From assembly GCA_038087875.1 (NCBI GenBank), contig CM075987.1, positions 5,084,001-5,148,000 on the forward strand: a stretch of 64,000 nt of DNA, read 5' to 3'. The notes below the pieces were generated by a model. It searched no databases and had not been told where the DNA came from. It saw only the letters and a program-made list of their open reading frames with translations. The DNA is from Malacoraja senta (taxonomy: Eukaryota). Each line of letters starts with the position of its first letter. Positions within the stretch are counted from its first letter, which is position 1. Shown here in pieces: positions 25,922 through 38,659 of this stretch. The translations under genes were made by a program, and so were the position numbers.

Positions 25922-26588
25922 AGGCGGCCCAGTGGCGCTGGGTAGCTCCTGCCTTACAGCGCCAGAGACCTAGGTTCGATCCCGACTATAGGTGCTGACT
26001 GTACGGAGCATGTACGTTCTCCCTGAGACCGTGCGGGCTTCCCCCAGTGCTCTGGTTTCCTCCCACATTCCAAAGATTTACAGGTAAATTGGCTTGGTAA
26101 ATTTGTAAATTGCGCCCAGTATGTGATAGTGTTAGTGTGTGGAGGTCACTGGTCAGTGCAGACTCGGTGGGCCGAAGAGCCTGTTTTCGCGCTGTATCTC
26201 TAAACTAAACTAAATAATTTGATCAGGACAATATGATCATGAATAAACAATGTTAATGCCTAAGTTGCCAACGTCTCAACTCTGGGATTGAGTGCACACA
26301 GGGTTATGGGGCGACACAGTGGCGCAGCGGTAGAGTTGCTGCCTTACAACGCCAGAGACCTGGTTGAATCCTGACTACGGGTGCTGTCTGCACGGAGTTT
26401 TATACGTTCTCCCTGTGACTGCGTGGGTTTTCCCCGGGTGCTCCAGTTTCCTCCCACACTCCAAAGATGTGCAAGTTTGTAGGTTAATTGGCTTCGGTAA
26501 AAATTGTAAATTGGGCCTAGTGTTAGTGTACGGGATGATTGGTGGTTGGCGCGGACTCGGTGGGACAAAGGGCCTGTTTCCACGCCTA
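25922..26588 (+). mobile_element. Two tandem HE1/V-SINEs (25922-26213, 26310-26588)
   Basis: Both carry head, V-domain and tail. Confidence 0.85.
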
Positions 26589-26921
26589 TTTGCTGAAGTC
26601 TAAAGTAGCTGAAGAACAGACCAAAGCTGGCACTCATAGATCTTTTACGTGTAAACATTTGCCTCAAACGAACATCTTTGCCCAGTGTATTCCTGACCTT
26701 GGCAAGCATGGTACTTTTCTATCTTGGAGTTCTAGATATACTTATTAGAAAACCTAATATTCAGGGTCAGACTGCAAGCTTGAGATATAGTCTAAACTAA
26801 ATGTTTAAACTACATGTTTGTACAAGATTAGTTTAGCCTACAATATGTAGGCTAAACTAAACCAGACTAGTCGGTTTGGTCACTGAGATATTCTTTCAAA
26901 TGAACAAGGAGTTATTGTTAA

Positions 26922-27092
26922 AGGTAGACAAAAATGCGGGAGAAACTCAGCGGGTTCTTCAGTCTGAAGAAGGGTCTCGACTCGAAACGTCACCTATTCC
27001 TTCGCTCCATAGATGCTGCCTCACCCGCTGAGTTTCTCCAGCATTTTTGTCTACCTTCGATTTTTCCAGCATCTACAGTTCTTTCTTAAACA
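26922..27092. mobile_element. Penelope pLTR fold-back with hammerhead core (26964-26991)
   Basis: Inverted arms; degenerate flanking duplication aggagttattgttaa / aggcggtatagttaa. Confidence 0.75.
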
Positions 27093-27566
27093 AGGCGGTA
27101 TAGTTAAGTCTTTTTCAGAGTTTGCAGCAGGCTCACTGTGCGGCATCAGGAAGCAATCCCAAAGAGAAGGGTGCACTTTAATCAGTGTGCAAGATCTAGG
27201 ACGCTCAATCTCCGTATTAACAATCTGCAACTTATACACTTTCATTAGCTGAACTTCATTTTGAGTGTTGTCAGATTTGAGGGGTTCTGGAATAGATAGT
27301 ATTCCATAAAACTAATCTTACCAAAGGAGATAAAGTTCACACAAGGCAACATGCGTACTGCCACGAATATAACAGACAAATGAGGGGGAAAAAGGCGGCG
27401 ACTTTGGAGAAAGGATATTTGCTTTGTGCTGGTTGATAGCATGTCAATTGTTAAAACAAATATTCCAATATCTATCAACACATAATATAGTCTGATTCAT
27501 TCGTTTATTTAAAAATATTTGCTTTGCAACTGGAAAATAATGAAATTGTTTGCATCTGAATGTTTC

Positions 27567-27870
27567 ATTTAGAAATACAGCGCGGAAACAGGCCTTTCAG
27601 CCCACGGAGCCCAAAGCCGACTAGTGATCACCCGTACACGAGCATTATCCTCTACACTAAAGCCAATTTACAAGTTTTATCGAAGCCAATTAACCAACAA
27701 ACATGTATGTCTTTGAGAGTGGGGGAGGAAACAGGAGCACCCAGAGAAAACCCACGCGGTCACGGGGAGAACGTACAAACTCCATAAGGACAGCAGCCGT
27801 AGTCAGGATCGAACACTGGTCTCTGGCGCTGTTAGGCAGCGACTCTACCACTGCGCCACCGTGCCGCCCC
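27567..27870 (-). mobile_element. HE1/V-SINE
   Basis: Full-length copy about 100 bp from the MVB12B exon donor. Confidence 0.85.
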
Positions 27871-27971
27871 AAATGCTGAATTATATTGCAGTAATGCTCA
27901 GGATGCCATGAAGAACGCCACATAACAATATTTCCTTTTTTTTTGCAGAGGATTTAAAAGAAGATACTTAC

Positions 27972-28031
27972 TTCCCTTTCTATTTCAGCCAACGATTTGA
28001 TTGTTATGCCCATTAATTCATCTGGCTGCAC
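27972..28031 (-). CDS. MVB12B: Next coding exon (60 nt, phase 0/0) of MVB12B, UMA domain
   Basis: tttttcaatttgatttcag|GTGCAGCCAGATGAATTAATGGGCATAACAATCAAATCGTTGGCTGAAATAGAAAGGGAA|gtaagtat gives VQPDELMGITIKSLAEIERE. It is in frame with the 56-nt exon and matches recalled human MQPFDLLGITIKSLAEIEKE. Confidence 0.93.
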
Positions 28032-28419
28032 CTGAAATCAAATTGAAAAATTCAAAATTGAGGTTTTAATAGAACTGAATCCAAGACAAAGTCTGGGAGC
28101 ACAAAATTATAGCTAACATTAATGCTGCTAAACCACCAATACTAAACAAGGGTTATTTGACAGACTAAAACCTATGATTACAACTAATCGTTTTACGCAT
28201 GGTTGCATATCTTTTTCAGATGCTTTTATGACAATAAACTGCCAACAGTACTTTTGTTTTCAAAAATCTATTTACTCACCCTCAAATGCTAATCTAAAAT
28301 TTTGCAGTGCAAATTCATTAGAACAATGGTCTCATCAACTCGACTGTAGTAACTTAATCAAAGAATGGAAGAAATAAAGTAGGCCATTCAGCCCTTAAAG
28401 CCTGGTATGACATTCAGTA

Positions 28420-28761
28420 ACAGTGGCGCAGCCTCACAGCGCCAGAGGCCCAGGTTCGCCAGAGGCCAGAGATGCTGCCTCACAGTGCCAGAGACCCAGG
28501 TTCGTTCGATCCAGGTTACGGGTGCTGTCTGTGAGGTGTTTGCATGTTCTCTCCTGTGACCGTGTGGGTTTGCTCCGGGTTTCCTGCCACATTCCAAAGA
28601 CATACAGGTTTGTAGCTGAATTGGCCATCTGTAAATTGCCCTTGGTGTGTAGGATGCGGAAATGGGATAACATGGAACTAGTGTACGGGTAATCGATGGT
28701 CGGCATGGACTCAGAGCCGAAGGGCCTATTTCCACGCTGTGTCTCTAAGCTAAACTAAACT
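28420..28761 (+). mobile_element. HE1/V-SINE with duplicated head
   Basis: GCCTCACAG.GCCAGAG.CCCAGGTTCG occurs twice. Confidence 0.8.
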
Positions 28762-29942
28762 TCATGGTTCTTCATTCACCTCTACCCCATTTCCTTCATA
28801 ACATTTGTTTCCTTTAACTCATTTAATATCAAATTCTATGTTTCTATTTACTTGGCACCTAAATTAGATATCTTAAAACACAACCATACCTTGACCTGGC
28901 CATGACTAATCTCATCCCAACTCAACTCAACCCAATGATGTCATATGTAACCCAATCCCATCAAACCATCGCGAGGATGTTGCTAGGACACGAGGGCCTG
29001 AGCTATAGGGAGAGGTGGAGCAGGCTAGGTCTTTATTTCTTGGAGCACAGGAGGCTGAGGTATGCTTATAGGGTGTATAGTTGCGGGAATAGATAGGGTG
29101 AATGGACAATCTTTTAGCCAGGCTAGGGGAATCAAGAACCAGAGGACACAGGTTTACGGTGAGAATCATAGAGTCATACAGCGATGAATACCTGTTGCTA
29201 CAGAGAGCAAATGTACGGATAAGAGGTTTGGCAGGCACATGCAGAAGTGTAGTAACATGGCAGGCAATGTTCTCAGCACTGAATAGATTATCTTGATAGC
29301 TGGGACACAGAAATGAATTGACATAATGAACGGCCATCAGCTGAGTCAGCATGAATTGGGAATGAGGGATGGGACAATGGAATCATTAACAAGGGAAATG
29401 GTAACAATAGTCTTACCTAGCTTGGATAGACATCTTGATCATCGTGGATGAATTGAGCCAAAGGGCCTGTTTCCCTGCTGTATGACTATATGACATTTAA
29501 TTAAGGGGAAATTCTGCCTCATCCTCCACTTTGTGTCACATAAGCACTCACTCGGAGGTGTTTGTGGCATTGAAGGGTGTGGGGAAGAGAGGTGTTGGCA
29601 TTAAAAATATGAAAACACACCCTACGGCGAGGCATTCTGTCACATAAACGACCGTAGAAAAGGCCACGATTAGACCTTTGGAGAAATACGTCAGGGCAAT
29701 CCCAGAGGATGATCAAAAAGTGGCTTCACTCATGCGCTTTAATAGATTCCTAAAGCAGTTTGGAAGGTTCAGCTTTGGTATTTGGCAAAGTAATTACATT
29801 CACTGTGCCTGTCCTTTGGCTGACAGTACTGAAGGAGTCCTTCACTGTCAGAGGCAGCGTATTGCGGATGAAACTTTAACCTGAAGCTTCGACAGTTCCC
29901 TCCAGGAGAATGTTAGCAATCTGATGACTCTGCTTCAAAGAG

Positions 29943-30535
29943 TGGCACGACGGCAGAGTTGCTGCCTAACAGCGCCAGAGACCCGGGTTCGATCCTGACT
30001 ACGGGTGCTGTCAGAACAAGAGTTTGAACGTTCTCCCCGTGACTGGCGAGTGTTTTCTCCAAGATCTCCGGTTTTCTCCCACACTCCAAAGACGTACAGG
30101 TTTGTAGGTTAATTGACTTGGTATAATTGTAAATTGTCCCTAGTGTGTGTGGGATAGTGGTACTGTGTGGGGATCGCTGATCGGCATGGACTCGGTGGGC
30201 TGAAGGGCCTGTTTCTGCACTGTATCTCTACAACTAAAACTAAAAATTAAAACTAAAATCATCCTCGGTATCCTTGTAAATATTTCCCCCTCATCCATAG
30301 TGGTGAATCTGTGGAATTCTCTGCCACAGAAAGTAGTTGAGGCCAGTTCATTGGCTATATTTAAGAGGGAGTTAGATGTGGCCCTTGTGGCTAAAGGGAT
30401 CAGGGGGTATGGGGAGAAGGCAGGTACAGGATACTGAGTTGGATGATCAGCCATGATCATATTGAATGGCGGTGCAGGCTCGAAGGGCCGAATGGCCTAC
30501 TCCTGCACCTATTGTCTATGTTTCTATGTTTCTCT
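29943..30535 (+). mobile_element. HE1/V-SINE (29943-30258) followed by a CR1 3' end (30297-30535)
   Basis: Diagnostic motifs and tails. Confidence 0.85.
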
Positions 30536-31346
30536 ATAGGCAATCTGCTGGTTATAAAGTTGCTGTTTGTCTGAGTTTGCTGTACGCAAATTGGTTGCTG
30601 CGCTTCATAAATGGTGCCAACACTTCAAAAGCACTTCACTGGTTGTAAAACACCTTGGGACACTCTGCAAGGAATGTAAAAGGCCTCAATAATGCAAGGC
30701 TTTGCTCGGAGCTTCACCAGTTTATTTGGCAATGTAATATCCTAAGTTGTTATGACATTTTCACTTCTTATTGGCAGCTACACTGTTTAAATTATGCAGA
30801 CATTTAATAATAAAAAATCATTTCAGTTACATTGAACCACACTCCCACTCCTCCAACAAAGTTAAAACATTATCTTTTAATGGTGATACATTTTCTCCAA
30901 GAGAAATTCATTTCAAACACATTTTCTATTTCATTACAAAAGTTTGCTCATATAACCCATCTGAGAGATTCAGGTAACATCAAACAACCATCGCATCGGC
31001 CAATTAATTTTTAAATGTTCTAAGAATGTGGAGATGGAATTACAGTAATTACTATATTACAGGAATTATTAATACACAAAGTAATTTTTAATTAAAAAAG
31101 TTTCTTTACTTTCGCTAGTAATGTTACATTTTATTCAAATCAATATAAGAGGTCTATGCTTTACTATAATGCTCAGATACTAACTAATATGCTCTCATTT
31201 TACTGACTGCATTCGATCTATATATTCAAAGCATAAGGCAGTTTTTATGACCTAATTTTTTCCACTCTAGGATGGGTAGCAGATAATGCCTCCCATCCAT
31301 TAACAGATTTGACAGTACAAGGAATACAAAAATTATTTTTGCAATG

Positions 31347-32196
31347 TACAGAGTCCTCTTTGTCCTCACTTTCCACCCCATCAGCGGTCGCATACAGCAC
31401 ATAATCCTCGGACATTTTCGCCACCTCCAAGGGGATCCCACTGCTAGCCACATCTTTCCATCTCCACCCCTTTCTGCTTTCCGCAGAGACCGTTCCCATC
31501 GCAACTCCTTGGTTAACCCATCCCTTCCCACCCAAATCACCGCTTCCCCAGGTTCTTTCCCCTGCAACCGCAGGAGATGCAACACCTGTCCCTATACCTC
31601 CCCCCTCGACTACGTCTAAAGACTCTGACAATCTTTTCAGGTGAGGCAGAGGTTCACTTGCACCTCCTCCTAACTCATCTACTGTATCCGCTGTTCCAGG
31701 TGTGGACTGCTGTATATCGGCGAGACCAAGCGCAGGCTCGGCGATCGTTTCGCCGAACACCTCCATTCAGCCACCTAAACCTACCTGATCTCCTGGTTCC
31801 TCAACACTTTAACTTCCCCTCCCGTTCCCACACTGACCTTTCTGTCCTGGGCCTCCTCCATTGACAGAGTGAGGCCTAGTGCAAATTGGAGGAACAGCAC
31901 CTCGTATTTTGCTTGGATAGCTTACACCACAGTGGTATGAACATTGACTTCTCTAACTTCAAGTTGTCCTTGCTTTCTCTCTCCATCCCCTTCCCAGTTC
32001 TCGTACCAGTCTTATTGTCTGTGACTAAATTTTATCTCTGTACCACCCACTCCCCTGACATTAGTCTGAAGAAGGGTTTCGACCCGAAACGTCACCCATT
32101 ATCTTCTCTCCAGAGATGCTGCCTGTCCCGCTGAGTTACTCCAGCATTTTGAGTCTCTCTTCGATTTAAACCAGCATCTGCGGTTCTTTCTAACAC
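31347..32196 (+). mobile_element. 5'-truncated Penelope-like element (Cys-linker, Neptune-like) with GIY-YIG remnant and pLTR hammerhead core (32066-32093)
   Basis: FVLTFHP...IFPSPPLSAFRRDRS...PCNRRRCNTCPY...LIYCIRCSRCGLLYIGETKRRLGDRFAEHL, with in-frame stops. Confidence 0.92.
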
Positions 32197-34055
32197 AAGG
32201 ATACTTTGTTTTTTTTGGGGAATTACGCTAAATGTATTCCTGAATAGAAGGATTTCAGATTTCCTGTTTAACACATGTAGAAATATTGCGTGGAGAATGG
32301 GGACTCTATGGTAGATCAAATAGCCAAGGAAGTCTCCTTGCTATTTGACAATATCATTTCAGTTGTTTTTTTTAACCTATTTTGCAGTTCCACTATTTAT
32401 GTATTTCATACAAAGTTATTTGATGATGAAAACAAGTTGTAACAACTTTAGTAATTTATATTCTTTTTCTATTTCATACTAAGGTAATACAAAAAAGTAA
32501 ATTTTCCTGAATATTCTACATTTATAAATGAATTGTGAAGAAACGTGTCTTAAAGATACAGATTTATGTATTTAATGCAAAAGTACTATCTAACGATGAA
32601 AATTGAAACTTTAGTCATTCTTTTTTTAATTTCATGTTAATGTAATACAAAAAAAAATCTGAACCGTTTTTTTGAATACGCTAAATTTATATATGAACTG
32701 TGAAGAGATGTGCCTTAAGGGTACAGATTGTGTGCCCTTTGACTTAAATTTTATGCACTTACTAAAAGGTCAAGGGAAATAAAATGAGCTCTTCTGTTCT
32801 GGCATTAGGCTACCTTATCAAATATTTTCAAAAGAAAGAGGTTCCCTGAGATGGTAAGATATTTCACTGCTGAATAGAAAATCCCTCATAAGTGGTTACT
32901 ATGAACAAATGATTTGGTGGTTCAAAAATCTGAATATTCCAAACCCACAAAACACATAAATACAAATTTCTGGTTACAATGCTTCAACACACTGCTCATA
33001 ATATTCAATCCTGTCATTTTAGCGGATAGCGGAGTCAGGGGATATGGGAAGAAGGCAGGAACTGATTGGGGATGATCAGCCACGATCACATTGAATGGCG
33101 GTGCTGGCTCGAAGGGCAGAATGGCCTACTCCTGTACCAGAATGGCCTACTCCTGCACCAAAGGCATTGTCTATTGTCTATTTTCAGCAGCACAATGTAG
33201 GAAAGGTTTATGTTCAAGAAATAGTCATAACTAATGGTTGGACAACATCGAGCTCAAATAAAATTCCTATTATTGCTTTCCAGACAGTATTTCTAAGAAT
33301 TTTGTGTAACAAACCATTAGAAATTGTACACTTTTCCAAAGTGATCTCCATACATCCAATATCAATTAAAACAGGTCTATAATTTAAGCTGAAATGTCCC
33401 CAAGTCTGTCCCTTATACGCCCACGACTTAATGGTTCTTTTTTTTTTTATCAAATCTTCCCCACAATTAACATCACTTATCAACTGGTGTTGATTTTGCA
33501 AAAGAAAAAGAAGGTTCTTAAGCAATATTGATTGCACTGAAGCTCAGCAGAGGTACAGCTGCTGTCTAATTAAGATTTAGCGCCCCCCTCGGAACTCGGT
33601 TTGGAAGACAGTGCGGATAAAGGCATTGGAGAGCAGCCAAGGAATTTACATGGTAAAGTTGATTCATTCAGCCAAGCTGGACAACTCAACATTGCAAACA
33701 TATTTGAAAAAATGGTTTGGGCATTTTAAAGCAGTTCAATTTTAATAAAATTAAAAATGAGCATATTTCCTTCCCGGTGAGTAGACAAACTTGGGCTGTT
33801 TCATTCGAGGCTGAGGGGAGGCCTGATAGGAGTATATGAAATTATGAGAGGCATAAATGGGGTATACAGTCAGAACATTTCTCCCCCCACCCTCCCCAGG
33901 GTGGAAATGTCCAAGACTAGAGGGCATAGCTTTAAGATATGAGGGGCAAGGTTGGGGCAAAGAGGGACAAGGTTGAAAGGAGATGTGTGGGACAAGTTTT
34001 TCCCCCCTAGAACGCGCTGCCAAAGGTGGTGGTGGACGCAGTGATGAGTTTTTCA

Positions 34056-34359
34056 TTTTAGAGATACAGCGCGGAAACAGGCCCTTCGGCCCACCGGGTC
34101 CGCGCCGACCAGTGATCCCCGCACATTAACACTACCCTACACACACTAGGGACGATTTTTACATTTACCAAGCCAATTAACCTACATACCTGTACGTCTT
34201 TGGAGTTTGGGAGGGAACCGAAGACCTCGGAGAAAACCCACGCAGGTCACGGGGAGAACTACAAACTCCGTACAGACAGCACCGTAGTCGGGATCGAATC
34301 TGGGTCTCTGGCACTACATTCGCTGTAAGGCAGTAACACTACCGCTGCGCCACTGTGCC
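34056..34359 (-). mobile_element. HE1/V-SINE inserted in a decayed CR1 tail
   Basis: Full-length copy flanked by CR1 3' pieces (about 33790-34500). Confidence 0.85.
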
Positions 34360-34823
34360 ATTTAATAGGCTTTTGAACAGGCACATGGATATGCAGGGAA
34401 TGAATAGATTTGGATCACATGCAGGAAAAGGAGATTAGCTTATCTTGGCATCATTTTCGACACAGACATTGTGGGCCGAACAGCCTGTTTTTCTGTACTG
34501 TTAAATGGTTTATGTCTCGGTTATTGATTCACTGTGAAACAATGGAAAACAAATTCCTGGGATATTGTATTAGCTCAATTACATTTCCCCCCCCCTCCCC
34601 CCACCCCACCCACCACTCAATTATATATATTTCCCCCACTTTTTCTCCCAAAAGTGAAGAAGTTTACCATTTACTGATTTGTCCACAACATGTTGTGGAA
34701 TTCTTGTGCAGAATAGAATGCGCAGAATGGACCTCTAAGTTAAAGAGTAGAAATTGCTTTTCTAAACTTGCCATTTGGGTTTGAAAGAACAATGGTATTT
34801 TGGTCACAGTGAAAGATACTTAC

Positions 34824-34879
34824 AGTTTCTATTGCACTCGCAAATTTCTCTGAAACCGTGAAAGGCACGCCATCCATTG
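34824..34879 (-). CDS. MVB12B: Internal coding exon (56 nt) of MVB12B (ESCRT-I subunit), start of the UMA domain
   Basis: Minus strand reads ccttctcttgcctgtttcag|CAATGGATGGCGTGCCTTTCACGGTTTCAGAGAAATTTGCGAGTGCAATAGAAACT|gtaagtat and translates (A)MDGVPFTVSEKFASAIET. Recalled human MVB12B is AMDGVPFMISEKFSCVPES, whereas MVB12A has AMDGVPFTLHPRF. Confidence 0.93.
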
Positions 34880-34899
34880 CTGAAACAGGCAAGAGAAGG

Positions 34900-36540
34900 T
34901 TGGTTAATTCTTAATGATGCTTGATTAAGGTTCTATATTAAAGATTTACAGGGCATACATCGGCGCGACAGATCAAAAGTGATCATTCTTTAAAGTCTGT
35001 AGGCTGTTCTCACGTGGCCAAGAATGAACTAATTTCATACAATAACATCACTACTATGAATTTATTGAGTTATTAGATGATTCACCCTGGAAATACAACC
35101 GATGGCGGAATCCACTGCACCTTAAAATGGAGCTTTTCCTGTGTAGAAGGTGGTCACATATCCATTCTGTTAAAAAGGTAACAGGAAGACTAGCCTGACA
35201 TGCTAGAAAACGTGGAACATTAAGGGAGCTTGTTCTAGTTAATTAATTACTCTTGGATACAGCTGAGGGGAAACATCAAATCAAGGCACAGCCTTTGTCA
35301 GAACATGTTCCATGTCTTCAGAAAATGTGAAAGCTATTGCCAACAGTGTAAATGAAACTCTAGCTTTCAGATTTGTAAAGTGTCAACCAGCACTGAGCAG
35401 CAGAAAGCCACTTTTTTTGGTTAGTTATAAATATACTTTAACTCTTTGCCTCTTAAAAAGCACGTGTTGATGGTTATGACGTCATTGCTTTTCCTTAGGA
35501 AACTTTTCATAAATTAAATAAGGCAACGGTTAAAACGCCTTAATTGTAAATTAGCACGGTTAAATGATACGACCATTTAAAAGGGCAATCCCCTTCATAA
35601 GACACATTGCCTAAGTAATGCGAGTCCTTTCAAAAAATTAATGATGTTATTGTCTAACACTGTATTAGGAGACCACCAGCATAAGAAGCCTGTCCCTCAA
35701 CCACTCATTAGCCCAGAATTTAATAAGAGTTATTGGGAAACGGCCAAACTTTTAGTTGGTTAGCATGAGACCCGCCATCCATGATTTATGAGTTTATCGA
35801 GTTTCTCCCAAAAATTTATTTATGGCACAAATGATTAAAATGTCCAAGAATTTTACATTTTAATTTCTGCAGCTATCCAAAACATCAGAATTCTGACATT
35901 AGGCTTACAGACAGGAGACCCTGCACAAATGTACAAGCATGCATGTTCAAACAAGCAAGTGTGTCTCTTTAATGGAGCATTTGTTTGGGGGCATTTACAC
36001 TACCAAAAGATACACTTATAGTCTCAAATCCCTTTTCCTCCCTTATTCTTTCACCTGCACTCAACTCATCGATATGAAGTTTAAAAAAAAAATTCAATAC
36101 GATCTTGTAAAAAAATAATTTTTAGTTAATTTCTTTGCCTGAGTGCCCAATATTGGTATCTTTACTGCACAGTTACTCACCGGTGCAATATTCCTGCAAC
36201 CTAGCAACATAAGCATTAAAACATGCAACAGTGTGACCACTTTTTCTTTTTAAGTCAACCTTTAGGAACCATGCAATGTAACATCCCATTATTAGTGTAT
36301 GAAACAATTAGAAACTCTTAGTGTGGTGGTATTTTATATTGCATGGTTTCTTAAGGCTGAATTCACAATAATTTTGTATGTTGCCATCACAGTTAGCTAA
36401 CCTGACTTATGGGGTTAAATTCAGAGGGGAAAATCCCACTGCCACATTATTTATGAATAGTTTCATTTAGCCAGGCCAGGCCCAAAGACAAGATGAACGA
36501 ACGAGCTTGTCCAAAATAAAGTGTTGAAAATATCATTCTC
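34900..36540. promoter_or_regulatory. Candidate conserved non-coding enhancer island
   Basis: No recognisable repeats; TGATTTATGA (PBX-HOX type) at 35782, TTTATGG near 35819, TTAATTAA and TGACGTCA motifs. Confidence 0.45.
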
Positions 36541-36960
36541 ATTCAAATTTCCTAATCGCATTAATTCAGGTAATGAGCCTGTCCCACTTAGGCGACTTAT
36601 TATGCGACTGCAGGAGACTATGCGGTCGCCACATGGTGGCCACATGTTGCCGGGGAGTCGCCTTCATGGTCGTGAGGAGTTTTTCCATATTCTGGGAACT
36701 TGTCGCGGCCTCATTATGGTCGCTGCGAATCTTTCAAACATGTTGAAAAATGAGCGGCGACCAGAATGAAGCTGCCATGGAGAGTAGCGAGAATTCTCGT
36801 GCCACAGGTGCAGTGGTAGTGGGTCGCCAGGAGGTTGTAGGTTCTCGTAGGTTCTCGCAGGTTGTAGCCGGTGCTGACTGGTGAATTTCATTGGCTCGTT
36901 GGGGGAAAAAAAACATAAGCAGTAGTTTTCAGAACCAAGGATAACCGACCGGTAATGTTA

Positions 36961-37501
36961 TACCCCTGTCCCACTTAGGAAACCTGAACGGAAACCTCTG
37001 GTGACCTTGCGCCCCACCCAAGGTTTCCATGAGGTTCCCGGAGGTTTTGGTCACTCTCCCTAATGGTCGAAAGTGGTTTCCGCGTAGTCGAGGCTTCTTC
37101 TATGTTCCTGCGATTATTTCAACAAAATCAAAACCAGCCTCGACTAAAAATAGGTTGCCGTTTGGTCGAAGCCAGTGGAGTGGGGTTGCTATTTGCTTGC
37201 AGGCAGTCGAAGGCCATCTACTTCGCTGACCGGCCATTTTTATTGGCTCATTGAAGTTTTCAGTAAAGATCCTATAGGATATTTGGTTTTCAGGACCTAG
37301 AAGAACCGCCGGAAGGTAAAATGCCCGCTAACTTTATTAAACTTCTTAAAACTGTCTCCACGCCTTCTCCCCCCTTCTCTGACCTTCTCTCCCCTTCCTC
37401 CCGTGCTCTCTAAATGACTTACCGTGCTCTGTGGCAGCCGTTTGCCTTCCTCTTCATCGCGCAGACAGTGCTCCTCCGCCGCGCGCGCGCGCGTGCGTGT
37501 G

Positions 37502-37549
<48 letters not shown>

Positions 37550-37660
37550 TGTGTGTGTGTGTGTGGTTGGTAGCAAATATCCTACGACTCATGGAAACCT
37601 TGGGTGGGGCGCAAGGTCACCAGAGGTTTCCGTTCAGGTTTCCTAAGTGGGACAGGGGCA
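36961..37660. mobile_element. PIF/Harbinger-like element (inner, nested, 700 bp)
   Basis: 73-bp TIRs with one mismatch; TTA TSD at 36958-36960 and 37661-37663. Confidence 0.92.
37478..37565 (+). repeat. (CG)n(TGCG)n(TG)n compound microsatellite
   Basis: Direct reading. Confidence 0.95.
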
Positions 37661-38659
37661 TTAATGTCCGCCGAGCTTCACAGCCGTGTATCTCTGGCTT
37701 CTTAAAAGTTGTCTCCACTCCTTCTCCCCCCCCCCCCTCCTCCCTCTTTTAAAGGACTTGCGTAACCCTTCCCGTACACTGTGCTTAATTATAGCGCCAA
37801 CCTTCATGTTCATCGTGGTGTGTGCCTGTATCACATTGGCTTTGCACTGTGTGAATTTCACTCAGTCAGCGCTCCCCCCGCTTGCCCTGTCCCCCGCCTG
37901 CATAAGGGGCTGGTGAAGGAAGCGATGTGTGGGTGTGTGTGTGTGTTCCTCTCTGACAGTCGCCGTTCCAGTCGCCTGAAAAATCGCCAAAGTGGGACAG
38001 GCCCATAAGAGTGGAGAAGAAAATGGGATAACCAGTGTATGGAATGCAAACAATGCAATGGTTGAATTTAACTCGGCAAAAAATGCCGACTTCAGTCGCT
38101 GAGCCGATTCTAACTAGTACTGTACAGATTTGCGAGAAAGACATATTGGGTTAAATTATGAGAACTGGTTGCAAAAACTTGGCTTATATTCTACTGAATT
38201 TAGAACTTCTTGAGGGATGACCTACACACAGAGTTTGGCAACACAGGACAAAGTTTAATCAACTGATTTATTGGGGGACTAATTTTGAAAGAGAAATTTT
38301 AACATCATTTTTAACAAGATTAACATCAGATCTGTGACTGCAATCTTTGTGCGTTTTACAAAAAAAGTGAGCACCGAATATCTTTCTGACTGTATTTGGT
38401 TAAATTTTGAATTATCCCTAGTGCGTAGGATATTGTTAGTTTACGGGGTGATCGCTGGTCGGCACGAATAAGGTGGGCCGAAGGGCCTGTTTTGCACGCT
38501 ATATCTTTGAAGTCTAATGTAGAGTTTACTGAAACACCAAATGCGATTTGAATTTATTACAAAAATAAATATATTCTGATTCAACCAATTTAAAGTCGTC
38601 ACATTGACGATACGATAGACATATAAAATGAAGGGAAAGTAATCAAATTATCATTCGTT

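Larger units (their letters stand above)
28032..34823 (-). other. MVB12B: MVB12B intron (about 6.8 kb, GT-AG)
   Basis: Bounded by the donor gtaagt at 34823 and the acceptor ttcag at 28032 between the two in-frame exons. Confidence 0.85.
36574..38005. mobile_element. PIF/Harbinger-like element (outer)
   Basis: TIR TG(A/G)GCCTGTCCCACTT(A/T)GGCGA; TAA TSD at 36571-36573 and 38006-38008. Confidence 0.85.

Noticed and set aside
33575-33597. Possible CTCF site (AGCGCCCCCCTCGG)
   Set aside because: Only a partial match to the core motif; not supportable from sequence alone.
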